From positions 2,700 to 66,699 of the IMG/VR virus record IMGVR_UViG_3300008107_000056: 64,000 nucleotides of DNA. One strand, given 5' to 3'. The DNA is from a virus. The notes under the pieces are model-generated. The model was not told where the DNA came from and made no database searches. It saw only the letters and a program-made list of their open reading frames with translations. A program made the position numbers and the translations under genes. Below, in pieces: positions 27,403 through 35,840 of the stretch. Positions within the stretch are counted from its first letter, which is position 1. Each line of letters starts with the position of its first letter.

Positions 27403-30400
27403 TTATTGACGTGACTTAATATCGCCTACATTCTTCAATCTTAGAGGAATGTAAATGAACTCAACTGCTTTGACCGGTTCAACAGCAATATCAACATAAA
27501 GTTGGTTATTACTAATCACGCTTGGTGTGTTGTTTGTCTCATCGCACACTACGATGAAGTCATATATACCACGCAAACTAACCAAATCCAACATTAAACT
27601 TTCACAAACGTTCTTAATCTCGCTACGTGTTTGTTTGTCATTTGGTTCAAACAAGAATGGTTTAGTAATAATGCCTAACTGTCTACGTAGATAGCTTACC
27701 AAACGTGCTACGTTGATTCTATCTAAACTACTGTTTATACCTGTCTTTGTGTATTGTCCAAATGCTACTAAACCAGCGCCTGGAATATTAGTAATTGGAT
27801 TGATCTTAACTTGCGCCATTTGATCGCGAACGCCTTGATTCAAACTAACTGGAATAAAGCTACCATCTTTCAAATAACCAACACTTGTTGCATTAGTAAT
27901 ACCACCACGACGTGTACCAGCTGGAGCAAACCATTGGAATGCTCTTTGGTCGCTCACTGCGATTGTACGCAACATCATGTGACTTGCAGGAACAACAACA
28001 TTGCTACCAGTTAGATCAGTTGTTAATCCACTTGGATAGTAAACTGCTAAGTGATCACTGTTTGTGTGCAATCCTTGCTCTCCATCAATGCCAGTATTAA
28101 AATAATCTGTTCCATAGTTAATTAGTGAGCTTGCATTACTTTCTAAACGTAATGGTGTGTCACCAACTACTAGTGCAGTTCCATTTCTACTGCTATTCAA
28201 ATTAACCATGTCGCTGATTAATTCTGGATATCCTGGGCAAGCAATTAGGTTGAAGAAAATATTATCTTCATCTAAAATACGTTGGTTTGTATTGATAGCA
28301 ACTTTTAGTTGACCAACAACGTATGCTCTTTGTGCCTTACGTCCAAAATATGAAACTTGATTTAGATCAGCGCCACTGATACTTACCCAACGATCTGGGA
28401 AGTAGCTAGTCATTGCTTCATCAAAAATTGTGTTTCTTTCAGAAGTGTTAATATAGTTGCGCTTGTATTGCTTGATGTTAAATCCACTTCTGCGAGTATT
28501 CCATAGTAGCATACCACGTGGATAAGCCGCTGGATCTGGACAATCAAAATCAACAAAGTCACTACTTGCTAGTGCATCAATAGTTGCTGGTGCAGTTGCA
28601 CTACCACTAGTGGCCCAACGTGCGTCTGCAAAAATAATACCATATTGACTTGTGTGATCAGTTACATCAATTGCGTCCCAAGTTTGGCTTGTAACATTCC
28701 AACGCTTAATTGTGCGACCATAGTTGTCTTGACTGCTAGAGTCAACCCAAATGTCGCCTTCATTACGACCAACGTTAGATGGTCTTGTTGCTTGTACTAA
28801 TACTTGAGCAGATGCATATACCTGTTTAAGTCCTTTCCAGCGTGTTCCATTGTGTACCATAATATCAACTTGATCTTGATAAGTTGCGTACCAAAGTTTT
28901 CCATCTGCTGGAGCATCTGTTGGCTGTGTAGCTTGTGGGAAGTATCCGTCACCTATTGATGCTAGTGGAGCCCAATTACTAATTCTTAGTTCATAAGTGG
29001 TCCCTATTGGGCCAGTATAAACATTAGCTAATGTGTTGTTAAATCCTAAAGTTCCCCATGTTGCGCCATCTAAATATATCTCACCGCCTTCAGCATGTGT
29101 CAATACTAGTTGACCATCAACATAGTCAGCTGTAACATTTACTAATGCACTGTTATTGATAGCTGTTCTTAAACTATCTAAACTTGTACCTGTGGTAATA
29201 CTTACTACATTTAAAGTCGAAGTATTTTTAACAGTTTCTGCAATACCCACTGTTGCACTAACAATAGTCACGTTTGAAGCAACTGTTACTGCGGCTCTTG
29301 TTGAACCAGAATTTTTTCTATACATTAGTTTAAAACTACCAATGCCGTTTTGTTCAAAATTAGCATTTACAAACAATGAACCAACAGCTAAACCACTACC
29401 ACCGTTTAGTGGATCCATCTTGAATAAAGCTTCAACTGTGCCTGAATAAACTGGAGCATCTTTTGTTTCAAATAAACGTGTATCGCTGTTAAAGTTTTTA
29501 ACAACCCACTTTGCACCCAAATTAAATTCAGTAGTTTTAAACCAAACGCTGCCATTTGGTCTTGGAGTAGCATCTGTACTAGTCCAAAATGGTAATTTGG
29601 TATGATCACTAAACTGTACAGCTGGTGATCTGTATGAACCAGCTAAAATACCAATGTCGTCTGAAGCGGAAGTAGCACCAACTTGTAGTAGTGTTTCTGG
29701 ATCAGTACCTGGTCCAAATACCACCGCAACGTTTGTGTTTGCTAAAATTTCAAATTTGTTGCCATTAACTCTTGCGCCAACTGAAGTGATACTAGCAGTG
29801 TCTAATGCGTCGTTGATTTCTGCTACCATTTCTGCAACTGTTGGATGTGCGTTTTGACTTCCGTTGAAAGAAACAGTTGCAACACTTGATCCAACAGTAA
29901 TGGTCATACCATAGGTTGCGCTGCCTAAATCAATTTCACCATTGGTGAAGCTCTTAGAAGAAACGGCTGGCCAACTTGATGTCCAGTCTAAAATTGTTGG
30001 GTTATTGGCGCCAAATACTGTTTCACCACTTGTACCAATTTTAACCCATGTTCCACTAGTATTTTTGTACCATACGTTATTTTCTGTAGCCAATGTTCCC
30101 ACAGTAACAACTGCATAATCGCCCAATGATCCAATTGTAGATTTTGGCGCGCCTGCTGTAGTATCTGAGCTAGATGTGATTACAATAGGTGATTTTGAAA
30201 TAAACTGTTGTAGAGTTGCGCTCCACTCAAAAATACCAAAACGTGATCTACCAGTGTCAAACCAATAAGTACCAGATGTTGGATCTCCTACTGGGATATT
30301 TGCAGTACCAGAAAGTGCTCCTAAATCAACACCTGCACGTAAAATGTAGGCGCTGTTACTTGCACCTAAATAACTGTAGGCAGCAAATAAACCATATTCG

Positions 30401-30672
30401 TTTAATTCGCTTCCTTGGATAGCATTTCCGCCAGCATCCTTTTGGAAGGATGGTACGCCAAATCTATCTGTTAGATCTTTTTGGCTAGTTGCCAAATATA
30501 AACTGTTTGCGTTGGCTAAAGTGGTGCCTGCGGCAACACCTGTTCCAGACGCATTTGTCTTATCCTGCGCTGTGGCAATCAAAACCAATGGAATTGTGCC
30601 AGGTGTCGCTGGATTATAAAAACTTTCATCAATGACGTTAACTTGTACGCCAGGTGATCCTAATTGTGCCAT
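27403..30672 (-). CDS. gp18: Contractile tail sheath protein (extended, 1089 aa)
   Basis: SPGVQV..IDES, FG.P, WFAPAG.RRG, INPI, LDRINVARL, FEPND and P.KAVEFIYI motifs. Confidence 0.95.
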   Translation of the reverse strand: MAQLGSPGVQVNVIDESFYNPATPGTIPLVLIATAQDKTNASGTGVAAGTTLANANSLYLATSQKDLTDRFGVPSFQKDAGGNAIQGSELNEYGLFAAYSYLGASNSAYILRAGVDLGALSGTANIPVGDPTSGTYWFDTGRSRFGIFEWSATLQQFISKSPIVITSSSDTTAGAPKSTIGSLGDYAVVTVGTLATENNVWYKNTSGTWVKIGTSGETVFGANNPTILDWTSSWPAVSSKSFTNGEIDLGSATYGMTITVGSSVATVSFNGSQNAHPTVAEMVAEINDALDTASITSVGARVNGNKFEILANTNVAVVFGPGTDPETLLQVGATSASDDIGILAGSYRSPAVQFSDHTKLPFWTSTDATPRPNGSVWFKTTEFNLGAKWVVKNFNSDTRLFETKDAPVYSGTVEALFKMDPLNGGSGLAVGSLFVNANFEQNGIGSFKLMYRKNSGSTRAAVTVASNVTIVSATVGIAETVKNTSTLNVVSITTGTSLDSLRTAINNSALVNVTADYVDGQLVLTHAEGGEIYLDGATWGTLGFNNTLANVYTGPIGTTYELRISNWAPLASIGDGYFPQATQPTDAPADGKLWYATYQDQVDIMVHNGTRWKGLKQVYASAQVLVQATRPSNVGRNEGDIWVDSSSQDNYGRTIKRWNVTSQTWDAIDVTDHTSQYGIIFADARWATSGSATAPATIDALASSDFVDFDCPDPAAYPRGMLLWNTRRSGFNIKQYKRNYINTSERNTIFDEAMTSYFPDRWVSISGADLNQVSYFGRKAQRAYVVGQLKVAINTNQRILDEDNIFFNLIACPGYPELISDMVNLNSSRNGTALVVGDTPLRLESNASSLINYGTDYFNTGIDGEQGLHTNSDHLAVYYPSGLTTDLTGSNVVVPASHMMLRTIAVSDQRAFQWFAPAGTRRGGITNATSVGYLKDGSFIPVSLNQGVRDQMAQVKINPITNIPGAGLVAFGQYTKTGINSSLDRINVARLVSYLRRQLGIITKPFLFEPNDKQTRSEIKNVCESLMLDLVSLRGIYDFIVVCDETNNTPSVISNNQLYVDIAVEPVKAVEFIYIPLRLKNVGDIKSRQ

Positions 30673-30779
30673 GTCCTAATCTCCTTAATGGGATCCTTGT
30701 CCATAATATTTAGTGATATTTTTAATATTTCACTGGTTATACCAAAGGAAAAAGGGCACGAAAAGGGCTAATTAATTAT

Positions 30780-31118
30780 ATGAATCGCCCGTTGTGTAAA
30801 AAATGTCGTAAAAATCTAGCCGCTATAAATTATCACAAGGAAGATAGGATATATTATAGAAGCATGTGTGATAGTTGTGCTCGTGGCACAACTGTACAAG
30901 AACCTAGATGGGTACGTGCTGGTTATAAAAAGAAAAGTAAATGCGATAAATGCGGAGTTACCAGCACACAGTCAGTAATTTTTGATGTTTACCACGCAGA
31001 TGGTGATTTAAACAACTGCACACACAGTAATCTAAAAACAGTGTGTGCTAATTGTCAAAGAATTTTAGTTAAACAAGGACTTGGGTGGAAGCAAGGCGAT
31101 CTTCTACCAGATTTTTAA
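30780..31118 (+). CDS. Zn-finger/HNH-fold protein
   Basis: Four CxxC pairs and H.DGD.NN...NL..VCANC. Confidence 0.75.
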   Translation: MNRPLCKKCRKNLAAINYHKEDRIYYRSMCDSCARGTTVQEPRWVRAGYKKKSKCDKCGVTSTQSVIFDVYHADGDLNNCTHSNLKTVCANCQRILVKQGLGWKQGDLLPDF

Positions 31119-31731
31119 CCTTTTCAAATAAATCGTCAATGCTGGTATTATTTTCTAGTACAGCGTCAAACTTAGTTCCAACCCATGCAGTTTCACTAGC
31201 ATGAATTCCAAATTTTTCTAGATTGTGTTTACTAATGGCCCATTTCATATTGCCATTTTCCCCTTGATTAGCGTTTAGAGCCCATTCATACCACTCAGGA
31301 AGTTCACCACGTTTGACCCATACAATGATTCCGCCTGCATCACGGATTGATTTAATTTCGTTAGGGAAACGGCAATCACTAATAACAATATCGTCAGTAC
31401 TATTGCGGAGTTTATTCTCTAAACTAGCAATCCAAATGTCATCATGAAAGCTTCTGCGGCATACTTCAGTGCCCCAATATTGTAGTACCCAGCGTGGTGT
31501 TAAGTTTGGCATACCCAAGCGTTCACTCCACCACGGGTCTACTTGTTCTCGCCATTCACGGGCTTGTTTAGTGCGTCCTTCTAGCATAGTTCTGTCCCAA
31601 CCAAAGACATGAGAAACTGCGTCTTTTAAACTGTTGGCAAAACTCTCTCTTCTAAAACCGTGAAAATTTGTAAGATAGTCAGCAATAGTATCTTTGCCTG
31701 ACCCAATGAATCCGCACACACCTATAATCAT
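31069..31731 (-). CDS. gp1: Deoxynucleoside monophosphate kinase (T4 gp1-like)
   Basis: IIGVCGFIGSGKDT, SFA..LK, TPRWVLQYWGTE, ISDCRFPNE, HASE; start at ATG 31731. Confidence 0.92.
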   Translation of the reverse strand: MIIGVCGFIGSGKDTIADYLTNFHGFRRESFANSLKDAVSHVFGWDRTMLEGRTKQAREWREQVDPWWSERLGMPNLTPRWVLQYWGTEVCRRSFHDDIWIASLENKLRNSTDDIVISDCRFPNEIKSIRDAGGIIVWVKRGELPEWYEWALNANQGENGNMKWAISKHNLEKFGIHASETAWVGTKFDAVLENNTSIDDLFEKVKNLVEDRLASTQVLV

Positions 31732-31753
31732 AGTATCCCCCAAGGTATACTAT

Positions 31754-31782
31754 ATTTTATGTTATTTGTGTTACAGAGTCAA
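31754..31782 (-). promoter_or_regulatory. Sigma70-type promoter for the dNMP kinase gene
   Basis: TTGACT-17 nt-TAAAAT. Confidence 0.7.
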
Positions 31783-31791
31783 GTCTTTTGA

Positions 31792-32580
31792 TTAACCGGT
31801 TACCCAGGTATAACCGCCCCAACCTTGACCACCAACTCCTGAAGGATCACCTTTTTTCAGTTCTTCTTCAAGTTCTTTCATCCTTGTAAGACCTTCAGAT
31901 TTAAGTGCGCCACCGTTTAGTTGTGTGCCACCCTGTGGACTGGCTATTTGTGCAAATTTTTCACGGGCTTCGCCTAGCATGACTTTGCATCCAGCTAGTG
32001 TATATTCTTTAATCCATATACCTGCATAAGGGTCTTCTAAAAATGCAAAGTCTGGACGGTGATTATATACCCAAAGAAGTAGTCGTTCATTGCTTTGTGG
32101 GCGTTGTTGTATTGTCAGTTTACGTGTCTGTGGGTTGTAGGTAAAGTTAATGTAGCTACCAAACATTTTACCCACTAATTTTTGATATCCTGCAAACATG
32201 TAGTAAGTTGCTAAACCGCCCATATTTGAGCTTGTAAGCAAATATGTGTTGGTGTAGGCCAAATTGAATGGTTCAAACAACGTTCCACCATCCCCGCCCC
32301 CTGTTCTTGAACCAATGCTTCTACGGAAGATTTCACGCACCACTGTGATTTCTCTTGGTAGAATATATTCGTTCTGATTTTGTACCATATCTAAGAAACA
32401 ATAACTTTCTTCAACGGCATTACTGGCTCTTTGACGATAAATTGCCATGGCTTTTTCTAACGCTGTTTCGTAGTGTATTGGGTCTAACTCAACATCAATC
32501 ATGCCGTCGCCCAAGAAGGCTTTGACGTATGAGAATACTTTTTCTTTTTCGGTTTTTAGGGCGTCTAGTTGGTCACTCAT
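31792..32580 (-). CDS. gp13: Neck protein (T4 gp13-like)
   Basis: LG..MIDVELD, WIKEY..A..K..LG..R.KF, PQGG.QLNG motifs; start at ATG 32580, 5 nt after TAAATA. Confidence 0.8.
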   Translation of the reverse strand: MSDQLDALKTEKEKVFSYVKAFLGDGMIDVELDPIHYETALEKAMAIYRQRASNAVEESYCFLDMVQNQNEYILPREITVVREIFRRSIGSRTGGGDGGTLFEPFNLAYTNTYLLTSSNMGGLATYYMFAGYQKLVGKMFGSYINFTYNPQTRKLTIQQRPQSNERLLLWVYNHRPDFAFLEDPYAGIWIKEYTLAGCKVMLGEAREKFAQIASPQGGTQLNGGALKSEGLTRMKELEEELKKGDPSGVGGQGWGGYTWVTG

Positions 32581-32585
32581 GCTTA

Positions 32586-32613
32586 TATTTACCTTATCAT
32601 ATTCCAATAAATA
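32586..32613. promoter_or_regulatory. Back-to-back divergent late promoter boxes
   Basis: TAAATA on minus at 32586-32591 and on plus at 32608-32613. Confidence 0.7.
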
Positions 32614-32620
32614 CACTACT

Positions 32621-33955
32621 ATGCCAAGACTCAGTTTATACCGCCCAGAAAAAGCCAACGATTACACCTTTATTGATAGACTTGTTTTAGAACAGTTTAT
32701 GGTAGGGGGAACGGATGTCTACATCCACAAATATTTAGGCCCAAAAGACCCATTAGAGGGACAATCTACCCCAGATCAGCCCACAAATACCCACGGTGTT
32801 TCTGAATTGGGTATACAAGATTTACTATTATTAGAAACTAGAGACAGGAGATACAGTGATGACATCTATGTCATGCGTTGTATCTACAATATGCAACAAT
32901 TGGATTGGAGTCTAACGCAGTTTGGACTATTTTTAGCCAATGATACTATATTTGTTCACATACATTTAAACGATTGTGTAAAAAGAATAGGTAGAAAATT
33001 AATGGCTGGCGACGTTTTGGAGTTGCCGCACCTAAAAGATCCTCATGCGCTTAATGAAGCCACTGTTGCCCTTAGAAGATTTTATGTTGTAGAAGATGTA
33101 TTAAGACCTACAGAAGGATTTAGTCAAACTTGGTACCCACATTTGATAAAAATCAAATGTAAACCACTGGTTGATAGTCAAGAATTTAAAGATATACTTG
33201 ACAAGCCTGCTGAAGATCCATTGAGTCCATATGCAAGTGATGATTCTACTACTGCGCTACGAGATTTAATTAGCAGTTATAATAGAAATATGGATATTAA
33301 TAATGCTGTTGTGGCGCAAGCAGAGCTTGATGCGCCTATGAGTGGTTACGATACTGATTCTTTATGGATGGTACCAGTTGATCCTAGTGGAAAAGTTATG
33401 CTAATAGATGCTAGCGGCGAACAAATAGATGCTAGTAAATTTTATATGACTAGTACCACTGACGAAGGAGTTATTAGATATCTAAATAAACTTTGGACTC
33501 CAGAATCTATTACTGAACCAGAATTTTTAATTAATCCTACTGAGTTAGAATTGCAAAATAAGGGTATACCAGTAATAGATACCAGCATTATTTTAAAGAG
33601 TCCTCGTCAAAATTACTATATTGGCTATTTGATTGGTGACAGTGTGCCTCCAAATGGATATCCTTTGAGTGGCATGGGCGCACAATTTCCTGATACAGCA
33701 GTTGATGGCACATTCTTTTTAAGAACTGACTTTTCACCAACAAGATTGTTTAGGTATAATGGTTCTAGTTGGCGTGTTTTTGAAGATAATGTGCGTATGA
33801 CATTAAGCAACACCAATACACGTAAGACATTAAAAACAGGATTTATTAATAATACGAATCAAACTACCATTGGAGACAAGGTCATTGACGAAAGACAACC
33901 AATTAGTAAACCTTTGGAAGTTGGAAAGAATTTAAAACCTGAGGCAGACAATTAA
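32621..33955 (+). CDS. Neck/head-closure protein (T4 gp14-like)
   Basis: G.DVY...L.QFGL...GDVLELP pattern; lies between the gp13-like and gp15-like genes; start at ATG 32621. Confidence 0.65.
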   Translation: MPRLSLYRPEKANDYTFIDRLVLEQFMVGGTDVYIHKYLGPKDPLEGQSTPDQPTNTHGVSELGIQDLLLLETRDRRYSDDIYVMRCIYNMQQLDWSLTQFGLFLANDTIFVHIHLNDCVKRIGRKLMAGDVLELPHLKDPHALNEATVALRRFYVVEDVLRPTEGFSQTWYPHLIKIKCKPLVDSQEFKDILDKPAEDPLSPYASDDSTTALRDLISSYNRNMDINNAVVAQAELDAPMSGYDTDSLWMVPVDPSGKVMLIDASGEQIDASKFYMTSTTDEGVIRYLNKLWTPESITEPEFLINPTELELQNKGIPVIDTSIILKSPRQNYYIGYLIGDSVPPNGYPLSGMGAQFPDTAVDGTFFLRTDFSPTRLFRYNGSSWRVFEDNVRMTLSNTNTRKTLKTGFINNTNQTTIGDKVIDERQPISKPLEVGKNLKPEADN

Positions 33956-35346
33956 TGCAACATTATTATGACGGACAGATAAGAAGATATCTAACACAAT
34001 TTATTAGAGCACTAAGTGGCTTTAGTTATAAGGATAGTCAAGGAAATTTGAAAGAAGTTCCTGTTAGATTTGGTACGGCTAACAAACAAGCCGCCGCAGT
34101 ACTACGACAAAACAGCGAAAACTTTTTAATGCAAGCACCTTTTATCAGTGTTTACATTAATAATCTTGAATTAAGTCGCGGACGTATGCAGGATCCTAAT
34201 TTTGTCAGTAAAGTTCATGTAAGAGAAAGAGAGTGGGACGAAAATTTAGGCGAATATACAGCTAATAAGGGTGCTGACGTTACTATTGAACGTTTAATGC
34301 CTAATCCTTATCAATTAAGTTTAATAGCTGATATTTGGACCACAAATATTGATCAAAAATTACAAATTTTAGAGCAAATTATTGTATTATTCAACCCTGC
34401 TGTAGAATTACAGACAACTAGCAGTTATTTAGATTGGACCAGTTTAACTACATTGGAATTAATGGACATACAGTACACTAATCAAGTAGTTCCAAGCGGT
34501 GATCAAGAATTAGAAATAGCAAGTTTGACTTTTAGCGCACCAATTTGGTTAAGTCCGCCAGCAAAAGTGAAACGCATGGGAGTTATTACTAGTATTATTG
34601 CTCGTGTGTTTGATGAAGAGGGAAATATTACAGATGATATCATTAATGGCACATTAATGAGCAGACAAGTTATTACTTTTGACAATTATGGCATACTAAT
34701 AACAGATAATAGTGGTCAAGGCCTGTATACTGCCAAATTATTAAGCAATAGTGAAAGCACTACCACTTCTTTTAATACTAAAACAACAAAAAATGGCGTT
34801 GATATCAATTGGTTAGAGATTTTAGAGAAATATCCTGGCAAGTACGTGGCAAATTTAAGTAAAGTTCAGGTTATGAAGCCAGATGGCCGTTGGGCTCAAG
34901 CCAGTATTTCATTAAATCCTGATAACGAATCACTTTTAAATTTAAATTTTAAGACATTCGATGATAGTTGGCCCACTAATACTGTTATTGCTGGCAGAGG
35001 AACCATAGATGCAATTATTGATCCTACTAAACCAACTAATAGGATTGCTACATCTGGTCTACGATACCTAATATTAGAAGATATTAACATCACAGATAGA
35101 ACTTATGGTCCTGAAAATGCGAGTCAGCCAGGTGTTGCTCAATGGGGCGACCTAATAGCTAATGCCAATGACATAATTGAATATAATGGCACTGAATGGA
35201 CAGTTATTTTCAATAGCCAGCAGACTAATACACTAACCTACATAACTAATGCTTATACTGGTGTGCAGTATAAGTGGGACAGCGCACAGTGGACTAAGAG
35301 TATGGAAGGTGTTTATCCTGCAGGCAAATGGCAAATAGTTCTATAA
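33955..35346 (+). CDS. gp15: Tail completion/sheath stabiliser (T4 gp15-like)
   Basis: YYDGQIRRY...F, VPVRFG, MPNPY.L, QILEQI..LFNP motifs. Confidence 0.75.
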   Translation: MQHYYDGQIRRYLTQFIRALSGFSYKDSQGNLKEVPVRFGTANKQAAAVLRQNSENFLMQAPFISVYINNLELSRGRMQDPNFVSKVHVREREWDENLGEYTANKGADVTIERLMPNPYQLSLIADIWTTNIDQKLQILEQIIVLFNPAVELQTTSSYLDWTSLTTLELMDIQYTNQVVPSGDQELEIASLTFSAPIWLSPPAKVKRMGVITSIIARVFDEEGNITDDIINGTLMSRQVITFDNYGILITDNSGQGLYTAKLLSNSESTTTSFNTKTTKNGVDINWLEILEKYPGKYVANLSKVQVMKPDGRWAQASISLNPDNESLLNLNFKTFDDSWPTNTVIAGRGTIDAIIDPTKPTNRIATSGLRYLILEDINITDRTYGPENASQPGVAQWGDLIANANDIIEYNGTEWTVIFNSQQTNTLTYITNAYTGVQYKWDSAQWTKSMEGVYPAGKWQIVL

Positions 35347-35780
35347 ACAAACTAGTAGTATGTAGTGGTGCTTTATTTTATTCAAAAAGCACTAAAAGAT
35401 TCTTATTCTTACAAAGAACCCAAGGTAAAACTGCTAAATCTTGGGGGATTGTTGGCGGAAAACAAGAAGATAAAGACAGTACTACATACGAAGCACTTAA
35501 ACGTGAAATTACTGAAGAAATAGGATTCTTACCAGAAATAAAGAAAACTATTCCTTTAGAATTGTTTGTTAGTAATGATGATAATTTTAATTACCATACA
35601 TACCTGTTAATAGTAGAAGAAGAATTTATACCCAAATTAAACTATGAGCACAGTGGTTGGGCTTGGGCTACTATGGATCTTGCACCAAAGCCATTACATC
35701 AAGGTCTACGCAATACATTTACCAATAAAACAATTAGAACAAAATTAGAAACTGTATTTGACATCATAGATGTAATCTAA
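35328..35780 (+). CDS. Nudix hydrolase
   Basis: WG..GGK.E...EALKREITEEIG Nudix box; LN.EH..W.W. Confidence 0.88.
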   Translation: MANSSINKLVVCSGALFYSKSTKRFLFLQRTQGKTAKSWGIVGGKQEDKDSTTYEALKREITEEIGFLPEIKKTIPLELFVSNDDNFNYHTYLLIVEEEFIPKLNYEHSGWAWATMDLAPKPLHQGLRNTFTNKTIRTKLETVFDIIDVI

Positions 35781-35794
35781 TATTTTTACAGTCA

Positions 35795-35823
35795 CAAAAA
35801 AGCCCCATTTCTGGGGCTTTTTG
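35795..35823. terminator. Bidirectional intrinsic terminator
   Basis: A6-GCCCCA-TTTC-TGGGGC-T5 between convergent genes (GAAA loop on the minus strand). Confidence 0.9.
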
Positions 35824-35840
35824 TTTGACAGCGTAATCTC

